Positions 10,461 through 21,049 of a stretch of DNA of 32,561 nucleotides are shown here, piece after piece. The translations under genes were made by a program, and so were the position numbers. Source of the stretch: Octopus bimaculoides (taxonomy: Eukaryota); contig NC_068982.1 of NCBI RefSeq assembly GCF_001194135.2, positions 55,230,663 to 55,263,223 on the forward strand, written 5' to 3'. Position 1 is the stretch's first letter; the number at the start of each line of letters is the position of its first letter. The notes beneath the pieces were generated by a model. That model ran no database searches and had not been told where the DNA came from. It worked only from the letters and a program-made list of their open reading frames with translations.

Positions 10461-10890
10461 GGCAGCGAGCTGGCTGAATCATTAGCACGGCAGACAACCT
10501 GCTTAGCGGCATTTCTTCGAGCTTCTTAAGTTTTGTTTCCAAACCTCGTTAAATTCACGCCAAGGTCAGCTTTGCCTTTCATCCTATCGGGGCCGATAAT
10601 AAAATGTACAGTCAAGAATTGGGGTCGATGTTAGCGAGTACCCCTCCCCTCCTGGCCTTGTGCCAAAATTGGAACCTGTAAAGGCGGCTGGAGGCCTGGC
10701 TGAATCGTCACCGAACCAGACAAACATGCATAGCTGCATTTCTTCCGAATTTACATACTGAGTTCAAATTCCGCCGCAGTCGACTTCGCCTTTTATTCTT
10801 TCTGGGTCGATAAAATAACTACCAGTTAAGTTCTGAAGTCGATGTAATCGAGTAGACACCTCCCTCAAAAGTTCAGTTCTTGTGCCTATG
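10461..10890 (+). mobile_element. Two head-to-tail SINE family A copies (10461-10677, 10682-10890)
   Basis: Same head, core and palindrome modules as the other copies. Confidence 0.9.
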
Positions 10891-11239
10891 GTTCTCCCTG
10901 TGATGCAGAAGTAGTCTCCGCGATACAGCGATAGTGTAATATCTTACTAGGTAGCCTGTATGATTGAAGTTTTGGTGAAAAGATACTCCACGATTTTAGT
11001 CCTAAGATGTGGATAAGTGGAAGAATTCGTTTATATGGAGAAGAATGATGTATACAGTGTGGTTTTATTTAAAGAGAACCCAGCTGACATATCATTTATT
11101 TCGAAATATTAATAAGATTTGATACAATTTTCAACCACTTGTAGCAGCAGTAGCATCTCATTAAAAACACTTCGTAACATCATTAGCAAAAGAAACAGCA
11201 GTGTTCCCATTATTAACGAGAAAATAATGATGAAGGCGT

Positions 11240-11300
11240 CCTGTCGTCGTCGTTATCATCATCATCATCATCAGCAGCAGCAGCAGCAGCAGTAGTGGTA
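11240..11300. repeat. Compound trinucleotide microsatellite (GTC)(ATC)(AGC)
   Basis: Direct. Confidence 0.9.
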
Positions 11301-11406
11301 GCAACTTTAGAACAGACGTCAAAACAGCGACAACCATAGGAAAAGAGTAGTTTGCTATTAACACCGGGCGTTATTAACAAATATATTTCTAAATTTGTCC
11401 TTGCAG

Positions 11407-11451
11407 AAGTTTCCCAACTTGTGTGCTAAATCGTGCCATGAAGATGACAAA
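11407..11451 (+). CDS. Candidate 45-nt exon (KFPNLCAKSCHEDDK, or xSFPTCVLNRAMKMTx), host gene unknown
   Basis: Strong acceptor tttctaaatttgtccttgcag| and donor AAA|gtaaga. Length is a multiple of 3, two frames are open and it lies in non-repeat sequence. No homology recognised. Confidence 0.3.
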
Positions 11452-12004
11452 GTAAGATTTAAAAAACAAAAACCTTGAAACATATGCCTAACAAAGTGAC
11501 ACGGTGTATGCAAATTAATCACTGCTGTCACGTCTTGACACACATGGTAGGCCGGTCCCGTGGTCTACACGCAGTTTTATATAGATGTCTTCGTTAAGTG
11601 CTTACATATGTTGGTCGGCGCCATTTGGTCGTTGACACTAGTTTAGAATGTACGGATTTATTTATTTATTCGTTCATTCATTTCGTTTCTTTCATTATTA
11701 ACACACACATACGTGTGCACTGTATTTGTCCTTGTGCTCAAACCTTTCTTACTTCTGTGTCTCTCTGAACGGAGGATATCTCAGCGGTGGTTGTAATTAG
11801 GTATGTTGTAATGGATATTGATTGATGCCTGTTAGATCCTTTTATATCCGCCTGATACCCCGTAATCTTAAACTATGATGTATACATACAAGCTAACACG
11901 AGAATGTGTTTGTGTTTATACGGATTTACCATGTAATATATACTGTATACATATCCATAAATCATGTACTTTTATATGTCCTTTTATGCGTGCATGTACG
12001 TGCT

Positions 12005-12378
12005 AGTATATATATATATATACATATATATAGATACACATATACATATGTATATATACATATATATAGATACACATATACATATGTATATATACATATA
12101 TATATATACATATATATATATACATATACATATATATATATGTATATATATATACATATATATACACATATATATACACACATATATATACGTATATATA
12201 CATATATATATATGTATATATACATATATACATATATATACATATATATACATATATATGCACATATATATGCACATATATATACATATATATGCATATA
12301 TATATACATATATACATATACATTTATACACATATATAAATATACATACACGTATATATGTATATACATATATATATT
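12005..12378. repeat. Long alternating purine-pyrimidine (TA/CA/TG) tract with internal duplicated units
   Basis: Direct; includes two copies of tatatatagatacacatatacatatgtatatataca. Confidence 0.95.
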
Positions 12379-12383
12379 TCTAT

Positions 12384-12885
12384 GTGGAGGTGCAATGGCC
12401 CAGTGGGATTCGCGGTCGTAAGATCGCGGTTTCGATTCCCAGACCGGGCATTGTGAGTGTTTATTGAACGAAAACACCTAAAGCTCCACGAGGTTCTGGC
12501 AAAGGGTGGTGGTGAACCTTGCTGTACTCTTTCACCACAACTTTCTCTCACCCTTTCTTCCTGTTTCTGCTGTACCTGTATTTCAAAGGGCCAGTCTTGT
12601 CCCACTCTGTGTCACGCTGAATCTCCCCGAGAACTACGTTAAGGGTACACGTGTCTGTGGAGTGCTCAGCTACTTGCATATTAATAAATGAGCTGCGACG
12701 TCAGTGGCGTCAAGCTGTATCGGCCTTTGCCTTTCCCTTGGATAACATCGGTGGCGTAGAGAGGGGAGGCTGGTATGCATAGGCGACTGCTGGTCTTCCA
12801 TAAACAACCTTGCCCAGACTTTTGCATCGGAGGGTAACTTTCTAGGTGCAATCCCATGGTCATTCATGACCAAAGGGGGTCACAA
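12384..12885 (+). mobile_element. tRNA-headed SINE (family C) with a deletion in the head, plus an abutting 3' repeat module
   Basis: Head tggaggtgcaatggcccagtgg (A-box-like) ... gtttcgattcccagaccggg (B-box-like), followed by a GC-richer body. I recall it as an abundant Octopus repeat (unverified); it is the only copy in the window. Confidence 0.65.
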
Positions 12886-12894
12886 AAACAAATA

Positions 12895-13077
12895 TATTTC
12901 TATATATATATATACATATATATACATATATATATTAGATATGTATGTATGTATGTATGTGTATACGTATATATGTATGTATATATGTGTATGTGTGTTT
13001 ATACGTATGTATATGTATGTACGCATCCACACACACACACACACACACGCACGCACACACACACATACACACACATA

Positions 13078-13135
<58 letters not shown>
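12895..13135. repeat. Compound (TA)n/(TATG)n/(CA)n microsatellite
   Basis: Direct. Confidence 0.95.
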
Positions 13136-13138
<3 letters not shown>

Positions 13139-13808
13139 AACTGAATCGGATCCTTGAAACCAAACCTATTTCTGATACTATTGAAATATACGAAGTCTTT
13201 AAAAATACAAGAAGTTCTATTCGATAATAATGATCATTTCTCAACTTATATCAAATTGACACTCTTGCATTTTGGTAAAGTGTCGAAGTTGTAAAGGGTT
13301 TCGTATTTTCTTAATTGTATAACAAATAGGTTTGGTTTAAAAGATTCATTTCTGTTTCTTGGTTTCCTCTTAACGCGTTTTTTTTTTCGTTCGAACACTC
13401 CCGGTTCAATCGTCTCTCTGTCGTTACTGCCGTATTTTCCGGGATACAAACAGACGTATCATATAGCGTAAACATGTATTGTAAATATTTCAACATCGTC
13501 ACTAGCTTTTCCAAGTCTATGATCTTATGATGTTGTCTTAGTGTATAAGTCGACCTCGCTTTTTAAATTTTGATCTGAAAATCTCAACGTATATGCCGGA
13601 AAATTCGGTAATATTATCTCCACCACACACCATTACGGCAGTCCTTCTTCAACACATTGCAACCTTTTACTATTCTTTCTATGCCCATGTTTTACCTACA
13701 GCTGTCAACATAGAAACTGTACACGAGCAATACTGGCCGCACCAATCTAGCAGGTTTGAACAATAATCGTCGTATTTTGATTATGTAATAAATTTCGCCT
13801 TTTAATAT

Positions 13809-14013
13809 TGATTTCAAATTTTGGCACGAGACCAACAAGTTGGGGAGAGGGGATAAGTCGAATACATCGACTCCAGTACTCAACTGGTACTTATTTTATA
13901 GACCCCTAAAGCAAAGTCGACTTCGGTGGAATTTCAACTCGGAACATAAAGACTGACGAAATGTCGCTAAGCATTTTGCCCGGCTTGCATATGATTCTAC
14001 TAGCTCGACATCC
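13809..14013 (-). mobile_element. SINE family A, near full length
   Basis: Reverse complement matches family A from head to the gtgccaaaatttgaaa tail. Confidence 0.9.
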
Positions 14014-14366
14014 TCTTTCCGAATATTGATAACGTTTTAGTTAATACTTTGTTATGAGACAGAGATAGCTCCTCTTTGCCTGACATTAAAAATGGCGTTT
14101 ATATCAGATGTGCCTTTTATTTAAAGAACGACACTTGGTGTTCTCCCTTGGAGAACAACACCCGATAACAAATGTCTGAATTTATAGAAACTTTACATAA
14201 TTGATATTTATTATCACACCATTGTAGTCTAGATACTTTTTCTGTCGTTCTTGTTTGTGATACATTTCGTTGGGGTTTTTGATCCACTCAAAGTGTAATG
14301 CTCAATGATGACCCTTCATAAAATTTACACCATCATAATTCGATTACTATTATTAAATCTTACTGT

Positions 14367-14581
14367 AAGGCGGCGAGCTGGCAGAATCGTTAGCGCTCCG
14401 GGCAAAATGCTTAGCGACATTTCGCCCGTCTTTACGTTCTGAGTTCAAATACCGCCGCCGTCAATTTTGCCTTTAACTCTTTCGGGGGTCGATGAAATAA
14501 GTATCAGTTGAGCAATGGAGTCGATAAAATCGACTTACTCCCTCCCCCAAAATTGCTGGCCTTGTGCCAAAACTTGAAACC
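14367..14581 (+). mobile_element. SINE family A, full length, with 18-bp target-site duplication
   Basis: Flanked by attattaaatcttactgt (14349-14366) and attattaaatcctactgt (14582-14599), a 17/18 match. Confidence 0.95.
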
Positions 14582-14679
14582 ATTATTAAATCCTACTGTC
14601 CGCCATTTTCTGCTACAGGCAGAAGCACGCGTGCATGCACACATTAGATAGATAGATAGATAAATAGATAGATAGATAG

Positions 14680-14790
14680 ATGCTGGAGTAGAATGGTTAA
14701 AAGTTAAATTTGCTTGAAAATCCCGACGTTCTATTTAGTCCCACTGTATCCCTTTTTGAGCAAGATTATTTTACCGTAATCGAAGGTCGA
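14680..14790 (+). mobile_element. Highly decayed SINE family B-like head
   Basis: tagtcccactgtatccctttttgagcaagattatt...ggtcga resembles the family B cagtcccactgc...ttgggcaagtgtcttc...ggtcga. Confidence 0.4.
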
Positions 14791-15180
14791 TACATGCATA
14801 CGCACATTCCTATATACATAATGGTCGCTTGTCCTTAATTCAATCTTGAAATGAGACACATCGATTATAAACTCTTCGTTAGTTGTCAGGTTCATCTTGG
14901 ATATATAATAGTACTAAATCGTCAGCTATATTCGCTAGAAATTCAAAACCACGTTTACCATGGGTGTTGCGAATCTACCTTTAGTAGATGCATGCACCGA
15001 AGGGAAGTGTGCGTGTGATATGACAGTTTGCTATTTTATTAAGTACGATGAATTAACTGAAGCAGAATAACACCAGAATAAAACTTTAACCCAAGCTTTA
15101 AGTTTAAATGTCGACGAGTTGAACTTTACTTTTCATTCCAATTAATCCTTACAATAAGTATTCATGCACATAGTGTGTGC

Positions 15181-15217
<37 letters not shown>

Positions 15218-15789
15218 TGAGTGGATGAAAAGAATATTTACAAAAGATTTGTTTGTGGAAATAAGTATAAAATATAAAGTATAAAACCTACTTAAATATT
15301 CTTTGCAAGCACAACTTTTTGTCTGTCAAGGTAAGTTTCAAATTCGATGCAGAGAGGATGACAAAGCATTGGTCAAATAAACTATTATAAGAATGAGATT
15401 AAAAAAAAAAACGGAACCAAACAGAAAACAAACCTATCTAGATAATTTTTAAAAACACTTAACAGCGTTCTGAAAGCAGAAGGACAAAAAAATATATAAA
15501 AAGAAGACAAACATATAAGGTAAAGGTTGGGGGAAATCTGTGTATAAAAATAACATTTGAGGGAGACATGTAAATATTTCCCAATGTTTGTGTTTCTAAA
15601 ATGTCTATCCACTTCAGAGTCGTAGAATGCCAAACCCGTGGTGTCAGTGCATGATGAATATCAACTGTTGACAGTCACATAACGGCACCTAGGTGTAAGA
15701 GTCTTTGTTTATGCCCATGACATAGGCTTGCCTATCGTATTGTTGGGAAATCTTTGTCTAATATATGTATATATAACCTAAAGCATTGC

Positions 15790-15803
15790 ATAATGTATGT
15801 GTG

Positions 15804-15834
<31 letters not shown>

Positions 15835-15837
15835 GCA

Positions 15838-15873
<36 letters not shown>

Positions 15874-16139
15874 TGTATGTATGTATGTATGTATGTATAA
15901 AGATATATACGTATAGAGTATTTCAGAAAAGTCTCTTCAAAGTATCTATTAAAGACCTATTAAATCAGTCTATTAAATTGTTGGGGAGTTGTACAATAGA
16001 TCTATATACACGCATATGCATACATACATACATACATACATACATACATACATACATGCATACCGACAGACAGACATACAGACAGACAGATAGGCGGATA
16101 GATGAATGGATAGATGCATTATAAATATGTATACATGTG
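15790..16139. repeat. (TA)n, (TATG)n, (CATA)n and (GACA)n microsatellites
   Basis: Direct. Confidence 0.85.
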
Positions 16140-16456
16140 NNNNNNNNNNNNNNNNNNNNNNNNNNNNNNNNNNNNNNNNNNNNNNNNNNNNNNNNNNNNN
16201 NNNNNNNNNNNNNNNNNNNNNNNNNNNNNNNNNNNNNNNNNNNNNNNNNNNNNNNNNNNNNNNNNNNNNNNNNNNNNNNNNNNNNNNNNNNNNNNNNNNN
16301 NNNNNNNNNNNNNNNNNNNNNNNNNNNNNNNNNNNNNNNNNNNNNNNNNNNNNNNNNNNNNNNNNNNNNNNNNNNNNNNNNNNNNNNNNNNNNNNNNNNN
16401 NNNNNNNNNNNNNNNNNNNNNNNNNNNNNNNNNNNNNNNNNNNNNNNNNNNNNNNN
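16140..16456. other. Assembly gap
   Basis: Run of N. Confidence 1.
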
Positions 16457-17385
16457 TTTGTGGCAAAAATTTGAAATAATTATTTATATCAAAAAGGTGG
16501 CGAGCTAGCAGAACAGTTAGCACGCTTGACAAAATGCTTAACGGCATTTCGTCTGTCTTTATGTTCTGGTTTCAAATTCCGCCGAGTTCGACTTTGCCTT
16601 TCATCCTTTCGGGGTCGATAAAATAAGTGCCAACTGAATACTGGGTCGATGTAATCGACTCAACCTCTACTTCCCTCAAGTTGCCTTTGTGGCAAAAATT
16701 TGAAATAATTATTTATATCAAAAAGGTGGCGAGCTAGCAGAACAGTTAGCACGCTTGACAAAATGCTTAACGGCATTTCATCTGTCTTTATGTTCTGAGT
16801 TCAAATTCCACGGAAGACCACTTTGCTTTTCATCCTTCCGGTGTCGATGCCAGCCAAGTACTGATGTTGATTTAATCGACTTCCCCTCTCCTCAAAAGCT
16901 GCCGACTCTGTACTGAAATTTGAAACTATTATATGTTACAAAAGGCAGCGAGCGGGCAGAATCATTAGTAAGTTAGACAAAACTCTTAGTGTCATTTCTT
17001 CCTGCTCTTTATGTTCTGGGTTCAAATTCCGCAGGAATCGATTTTGCCTATCATCTTTATGGGGGCGATAAAATAAGTACCAGTTGAAGACTGGAATCGA
17101 TGTAACTGACTTAACCCCTTTCATAAAACTGCTGGCCTTGTGTGGAAATTTGAAACCATTGTTTATATTCAGAAAGGCGGCGAGCTGGCAGAGTTGTTAG
17201 CACGCTGGACAAAATGCTTAACGCCATTTTGCCCGACTTTACGTTCTGAATTCCGCCGAAGTCGACTTTGCCTTTCATCCTCTCGGAGTCGATAAAATAA
17301 GTATCACCCGAGTACTTGCGTCAATGTAATCACAAGCACCATCTCCTAAAATGTCAAGCCTAGTGCCTATAGAAGAAAGGATTAT
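16457..17385 (+). mobile_element. Array of four head-to-tail SINE family A copies (about 16495, 16724, 16943, 17175) preceded by a fifth copy's tail
   Basis: Four repeats of head-core-palindrome-tail separated by ~15-bp AT-rich spacers. Confidence 0.92.
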
Positions 17386-17539
17386 TTATATAAAAAAATG
17401 TTAAAGGTTAGTCAAGCGTTTATTTTGTAGGTGTACATATATGAACGTTATGTTAATACGTCTTATACCATTGTACATGTTCAGACATACGGCCAGAAAC
17501 ATGCATGTATCTGCGCGCGTATGTATATGTTGTGTACTT

Positions 17540-17610
17540 CAGCGCATTCCACCTTTTTTAGCACCACGGACCGGTTTCATACAAGACAATTTTTCCATGG
17601 ACCGGAGAAT
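17540..17610 (+). mobile_element. hAT (Charlie/MER1-like) MITE left end, decayed
   Basis: cagcgcattccacctttttt-agcaccacggaccggtttcatacaagacaatttttccatggaccgg closely resembles the MER1B-type terminus CAGCGGTCCCCAACCTTTTTGGCACCAGGGACCGGTTT...GAAGACAATTTTTCC as I recall it. Confidence 0.5.
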
Positions 17611-17697
17611 CACGCACATAACAAAATAAAGTGCATAAATAAATAAATTATATATTATGCACAATAAAGTGCATAATATATAATTCAATAATTATAT

Positions 17698-17843
17698 AAA
17701 TAGTCCTTTCCACAAAAGGTACAAGGCCTGAAATTTTGGCAGAGGTGGTCTAGTCGATTACATCGACCCCATTGCGCAACTGGCACTTATTTCATCAACC
17801 CTAAAATGAAAGGCGAAGTCGAACTCAGCAACATTTGAACTCA
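17698..17843 (-). mobile_element. SINE family A 3' two-thirds
   Basis: Reverse complement shows gagttcaaatgttgctgagttcgacttcgcctttca...gaaataagtgccagttg...gtcgatgtaatcgac...ggccttgtac. Confidence 0.8.
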
Positions 17844-18205
17844 TTTATTACCTCCGCCTTAGCGAAGGCGGGGGTATTGCTTTCAGCAGTGTTTGTTTGT
17901 TCGTGGACAAGATATCTCAAGAACCGCTGGATAGATTCGGATGAAATTTTCAGAGATGTTTGGCCCCGTGACTGGCATGAGCTGATTAGATTTTAGGATC
18001 TATCCGGCACCGGACAAGGATTCTGGATTATTTATCCTGTTTTTGTTTTTTTTGTTTTTTTTTAGAGTGATCGGTTTCATTTTTAGTATTCTCATTTATG
18101 AGAGCAGTCGAATTTATTTTAGATATTCTCATTTTAAAAATCATCTCCGACTAATCGTTGAGAGGGCGTTGGTGTTGCCTTGGCGGAAGTTTACGAGTAC
18201 TCGTT
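17844..18205 (+). mobile_element. Non-autonomous Helentron-associated element (HINE / DINE-1-like)
   Basis: 5' acctccgcc followed by the hairpin ccgcctt-agcg-aaggcgg and a (GTTT)n microsatellite. The 3' subterminal inverted copy ggcggaagt is at ~18182-18190, the terminal palindrome cgagtactcg at 18194-18203, and both ends are T-rich. Confidence 0.75.
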
Positions 18206-19197
18206 ACAAATATAATACATACATAATGCAAAAAAACACCCAGCAGACTGCAATAGTTAGAATAGAAATAAAATGTTATATTTTAATTTTTTCTCTGTGC
18301 GAACCGGTACTGAGAGCGACTTGGTGGTGGGGAGTCCTGTTGTATTTGACAATATAAATCACCTTTACTAACGACCTTCAATCAACAAAGAAGTCTTTAC
18401 TTTGTCGCTCGGCCTCCTGCAGATAGTAACCAAATTTTCCTTAAATAAAACCCTACCATATTACACATATCAGGCCATATAGATGACACAATACTAAAAA
18501 TTCCTTTGGGTGTCTTTTGTGGAATTGACTCAGACACGTGGCTGAGGAGAACTCGACATTTCGTCACACAGCCTATGAATCGAGGTTTCTTCCTACCTTT
18601 CCGCAATAGTTTGGGAGGCCCTGTAAAAAGATATGGTCGACTCCTTTTCCTTTATGAAAAAACCCATAACTAAATATCATCTGAACTTCCCAATCACAAG
18701 ACAAAATAAAGGCATTGAAAAATAATAATATTAAGTAAATACATCAATGAACTTCAATCCATTTTCGTGCTATGAATTTCATAACGAAAATTAGCAAAGT
18801 CTCACTCGTATTGCTTGGGATTGGTTACAATATAAACTCATACCAGAACTTTACAACTTACAAGAAACTTCTACGTGTTTGACCTACATGTTTGACCTGC
18901 AAGAATTTGTTGCCAAATATCCCTCAGATTACACCCTATCGTCTTTACATAAGAAAGACTCACTAGATACATTGTGCTCGAAAAAAAATAAAGACATTGA
19001 AAACCGGTCAAACGATGAAATATCAATAAAACAAAAACGAACAGAACGAATAATGATTTAGTAGTCCGTGCCTAGTCATCGACTGACATCCTACGTGCCA
19101 TAGATTTGTTTGTTCCACAAAGGCTGGCCTGAACTTAACATCAACAACAATAGAAATAATACCTTTTATTGATTTGAGATATTTCATAGAACACATT

Positions 19198-19297
19198 NNN
19201 NNNNNNNNNNNNNNNNNNNNNNNNNNNNNNNNNNNNNNNNNNNNNNNNNNNNNNNNNNNNNNNNNNNNNNNNNNNNNNNNNNNNNNNNNNNNNNNNN
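19198..19297. other. Assembly gap (100 N, probably unknown size)
   Basis: Run of exactly 100 N. Confidence 1.
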
Positions 19298-19374
19298 ATA
19301 TGTCTTGGTGCAATCTTAGTTTACATATTTTTTTTTAATGATTTTATTTGCCACATTTGCAATATACTTATGAT

Positions 19375-19570
19375 TGGAAAAATCAGTAGAGCGTCGAACA
19401 AAGTATCCTGTGGAATTCAATTACGCTCCATTATGTTTTGTGTTCAAATCCCGCCAGTTCAGTGTTATCATTCATCCTACAACGAGTTACCTGTAATGAC
19501 GTCGATATTATCGCGTAAACCTCTTGAATGTAGCGCATTCGATCACTAAAACAAGTAGTAGTTTGATGTT
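19375..19570 (+). mobile_element. Old, decayed SINE family A-related copy
   Basis: tatgttttgtgttcaaatcccgcc...tcattcatcct...gacgtcgatattatcg retains the B-box and palindrome modules. Confidence 0.45.
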
Positions 19571-19609
19571 GAATTCTCAGATTTAATTTTTTTAAATATG
19601 CAATGGTTA

Positions 19610-20460
19610 TCGTATTTTCCGGCGTATAAAACGCACCTTCCATTTTACAAGTGGAAAAAGAAAACAAATTTAGTATGTTTCATTATACACCCATTGAAAG
19701 ATATTTTAAAGTGGATTTTTTTTTTTGTAGAAGAAAATGCATGATTCTGTGTACTAAATTCAGTAGTGTGACATCTAAATACAACACTGTGACATTAAAC
19801 TGGAATAAAGTATGACATCATAAATTTTATAAATAAATACGTTATGGGAGTACCGTATATCAACTTTATCTTCTTTCAGATCAACTGTATATTTGTTTAT
19901 ATTTTCGTCAAGAGAAATACCATATCGGATATAAAACTCGTATTTTTGGCTATGATATTTTGTGGCACCACTATCGTCCATCAGGCTGGCTCTCCACCGC
20001 TCTTGTTTTGTTGTCATTGTAAATAACTGTCATTGCAAATAACTGTGAATGAAATTTTAGTATTCTTTTCATTTTTGTTGGTGAATTTTCATTTAGATAA
20101 TTAGAAAATGCTTCTTAAAGGTAACAGTTATTAAATAATGTAAACCACATATCAGGTATGGGTTACGTACGCTGGGGAAAAAAGGTGTAATTAGATGGTG
20201 TTACTTTCCCACATAATTGCCAAAGTGCCGTAGGCAATTTTTTCGTACGTTTGTCCTCACAGACTGCAATGATTTAGCTTGTTACCAATATTTTATTATA
20301 AGTAACAATTACTGTGCCTAGCGAAGTAATACTCACCCAGCTCCTTAGCCAGTAACTCTCGGTCTCTCATCCGTAGTACGACCGTATTTCGAAGCAGTGT
20401 AACGTTTTGGTACATTTCAAAATTTAAAAACAATCGTATCATATACGCCGACAAATGCGG
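19610..20460 (-). mobile_element. pogo/Tc2-group DNA transposon, internally deleted, with transposase relics
   Basis: Both ends are TA-flanked inverted termini: ta|tcgtattttccggcgtata at the left and tatacgccgacaaatgcgg|ta at the right. Minus-strand remnants are RMRDRELLAKELGEYYF (CENP-B-type HTH-like) and, across a frameshift, QP/MDDSGATK (similar to the pogo QP[LM]D motif). The second remnant accounts for ORF 19775..20017. Confidence 0.65.
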
Positions 20461-20629
20461 TATATTTTAGAAACCTATAGTAAGCCAGCAGTCATTACAA
20501 AACAAACCATACAACATAACTACAGTGTTTTGTGGGGCGAAGTGAGAGCTTGAATGAAGAAGAAATGGCAGTGCTCATTATCCTTTTCAGAACTCCTGTT
20601 AATAGCAGGAAGAAGCGATCCTTAGCATT

Positions 20630-20700
20630 CACTAAAAATTTATCAAGGTGATGCACCAGCATGACCACAGTCTAATGACTGCAACAAGTAAAAAGAAAAA
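20630..20700 (+). mobile_element. SINE family B 3' tail fragment
   Basis: tcaaggtgatgcaccagcatgaccacagtctaatgactgcaacaagtaaaaag matches the tails at 22960-23020 and 27780-27835. Confidence 0.65.
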
Positions 20701-20719
20701 ATAATCGAATAATATAACC

Positions 20720-20820
20720 GTGGGGGCTTTTCTCCATTTTCGCACTTTAACTATTGGGCTTTTGTCCGAGGGCTTTTGTCCACTTTCACACTTTAGGTAT
20801 GGGGCTTTTGTCCGGGTCCC
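20720..20820. mobile_element. MULE-like transposon terminus with subterminal GGGCTTTTGTCC repeats
   Basis: Three perfect and one degenerate gggcttttgtcc, ending ...gtccgggtccc. Reverse complement matches 21176-21195 at 16/20. The superfamily is an inference. Confidence 0.5.
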
Positions 20821-21049
20821 TAAAGATACAGTGCATCTCGCAGATCGCGAGTTCGGTTTTCTATGTCAGTGGTTTCCAGATTATTTTATACTTGTGTAAC
20901 ACATTAGAGCAAATAAAAATACCTTGACATACTTTGCCTAAAGTTAAAAGAAACACATACATACACACACACATATTTATGAGCTATTATTCTGAGGATT
21001 GCGTGAAGGCATCAGACGTGTTGAAGAATGGTGCCTGAGCTCTGTTGGT

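Noticed and set aside
12384-12445. Possible tRNA gene
   Set aside because: No complete cloverleaf can be drawn and the sequence continues into a SINE body. The same applies to the family A and B heads.
11906-13244. Numerous Y/I/H/T/M/C-rich ORFs on both strands
   Set aside because: Translations of alternating purine-pyrimidine microsatellites and of SINE C.
13702-13753. EQYWP motif suggesting a protein tyrosine phosphatase exon
   Set aside because: It lacks the preceding KC, the donor is weak, and no other PTP motifs (WPD, HCSAG) were seen in the window.
15310-15330. Consensus donor AAG|gtaagt at 15330
   Set aside because: No good upstream acceptor (only AAG); an isolated site is expected by chance.
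16106-16547. ORFs spanning the gap
   Set aside because: Almost entirely N.
20337-20475. Apparent minus-strand first exon with consensus donor
   Set aside because: It lies inside the pogo/Tc2-like element, and the frame reads through as a transposase HTH relic.
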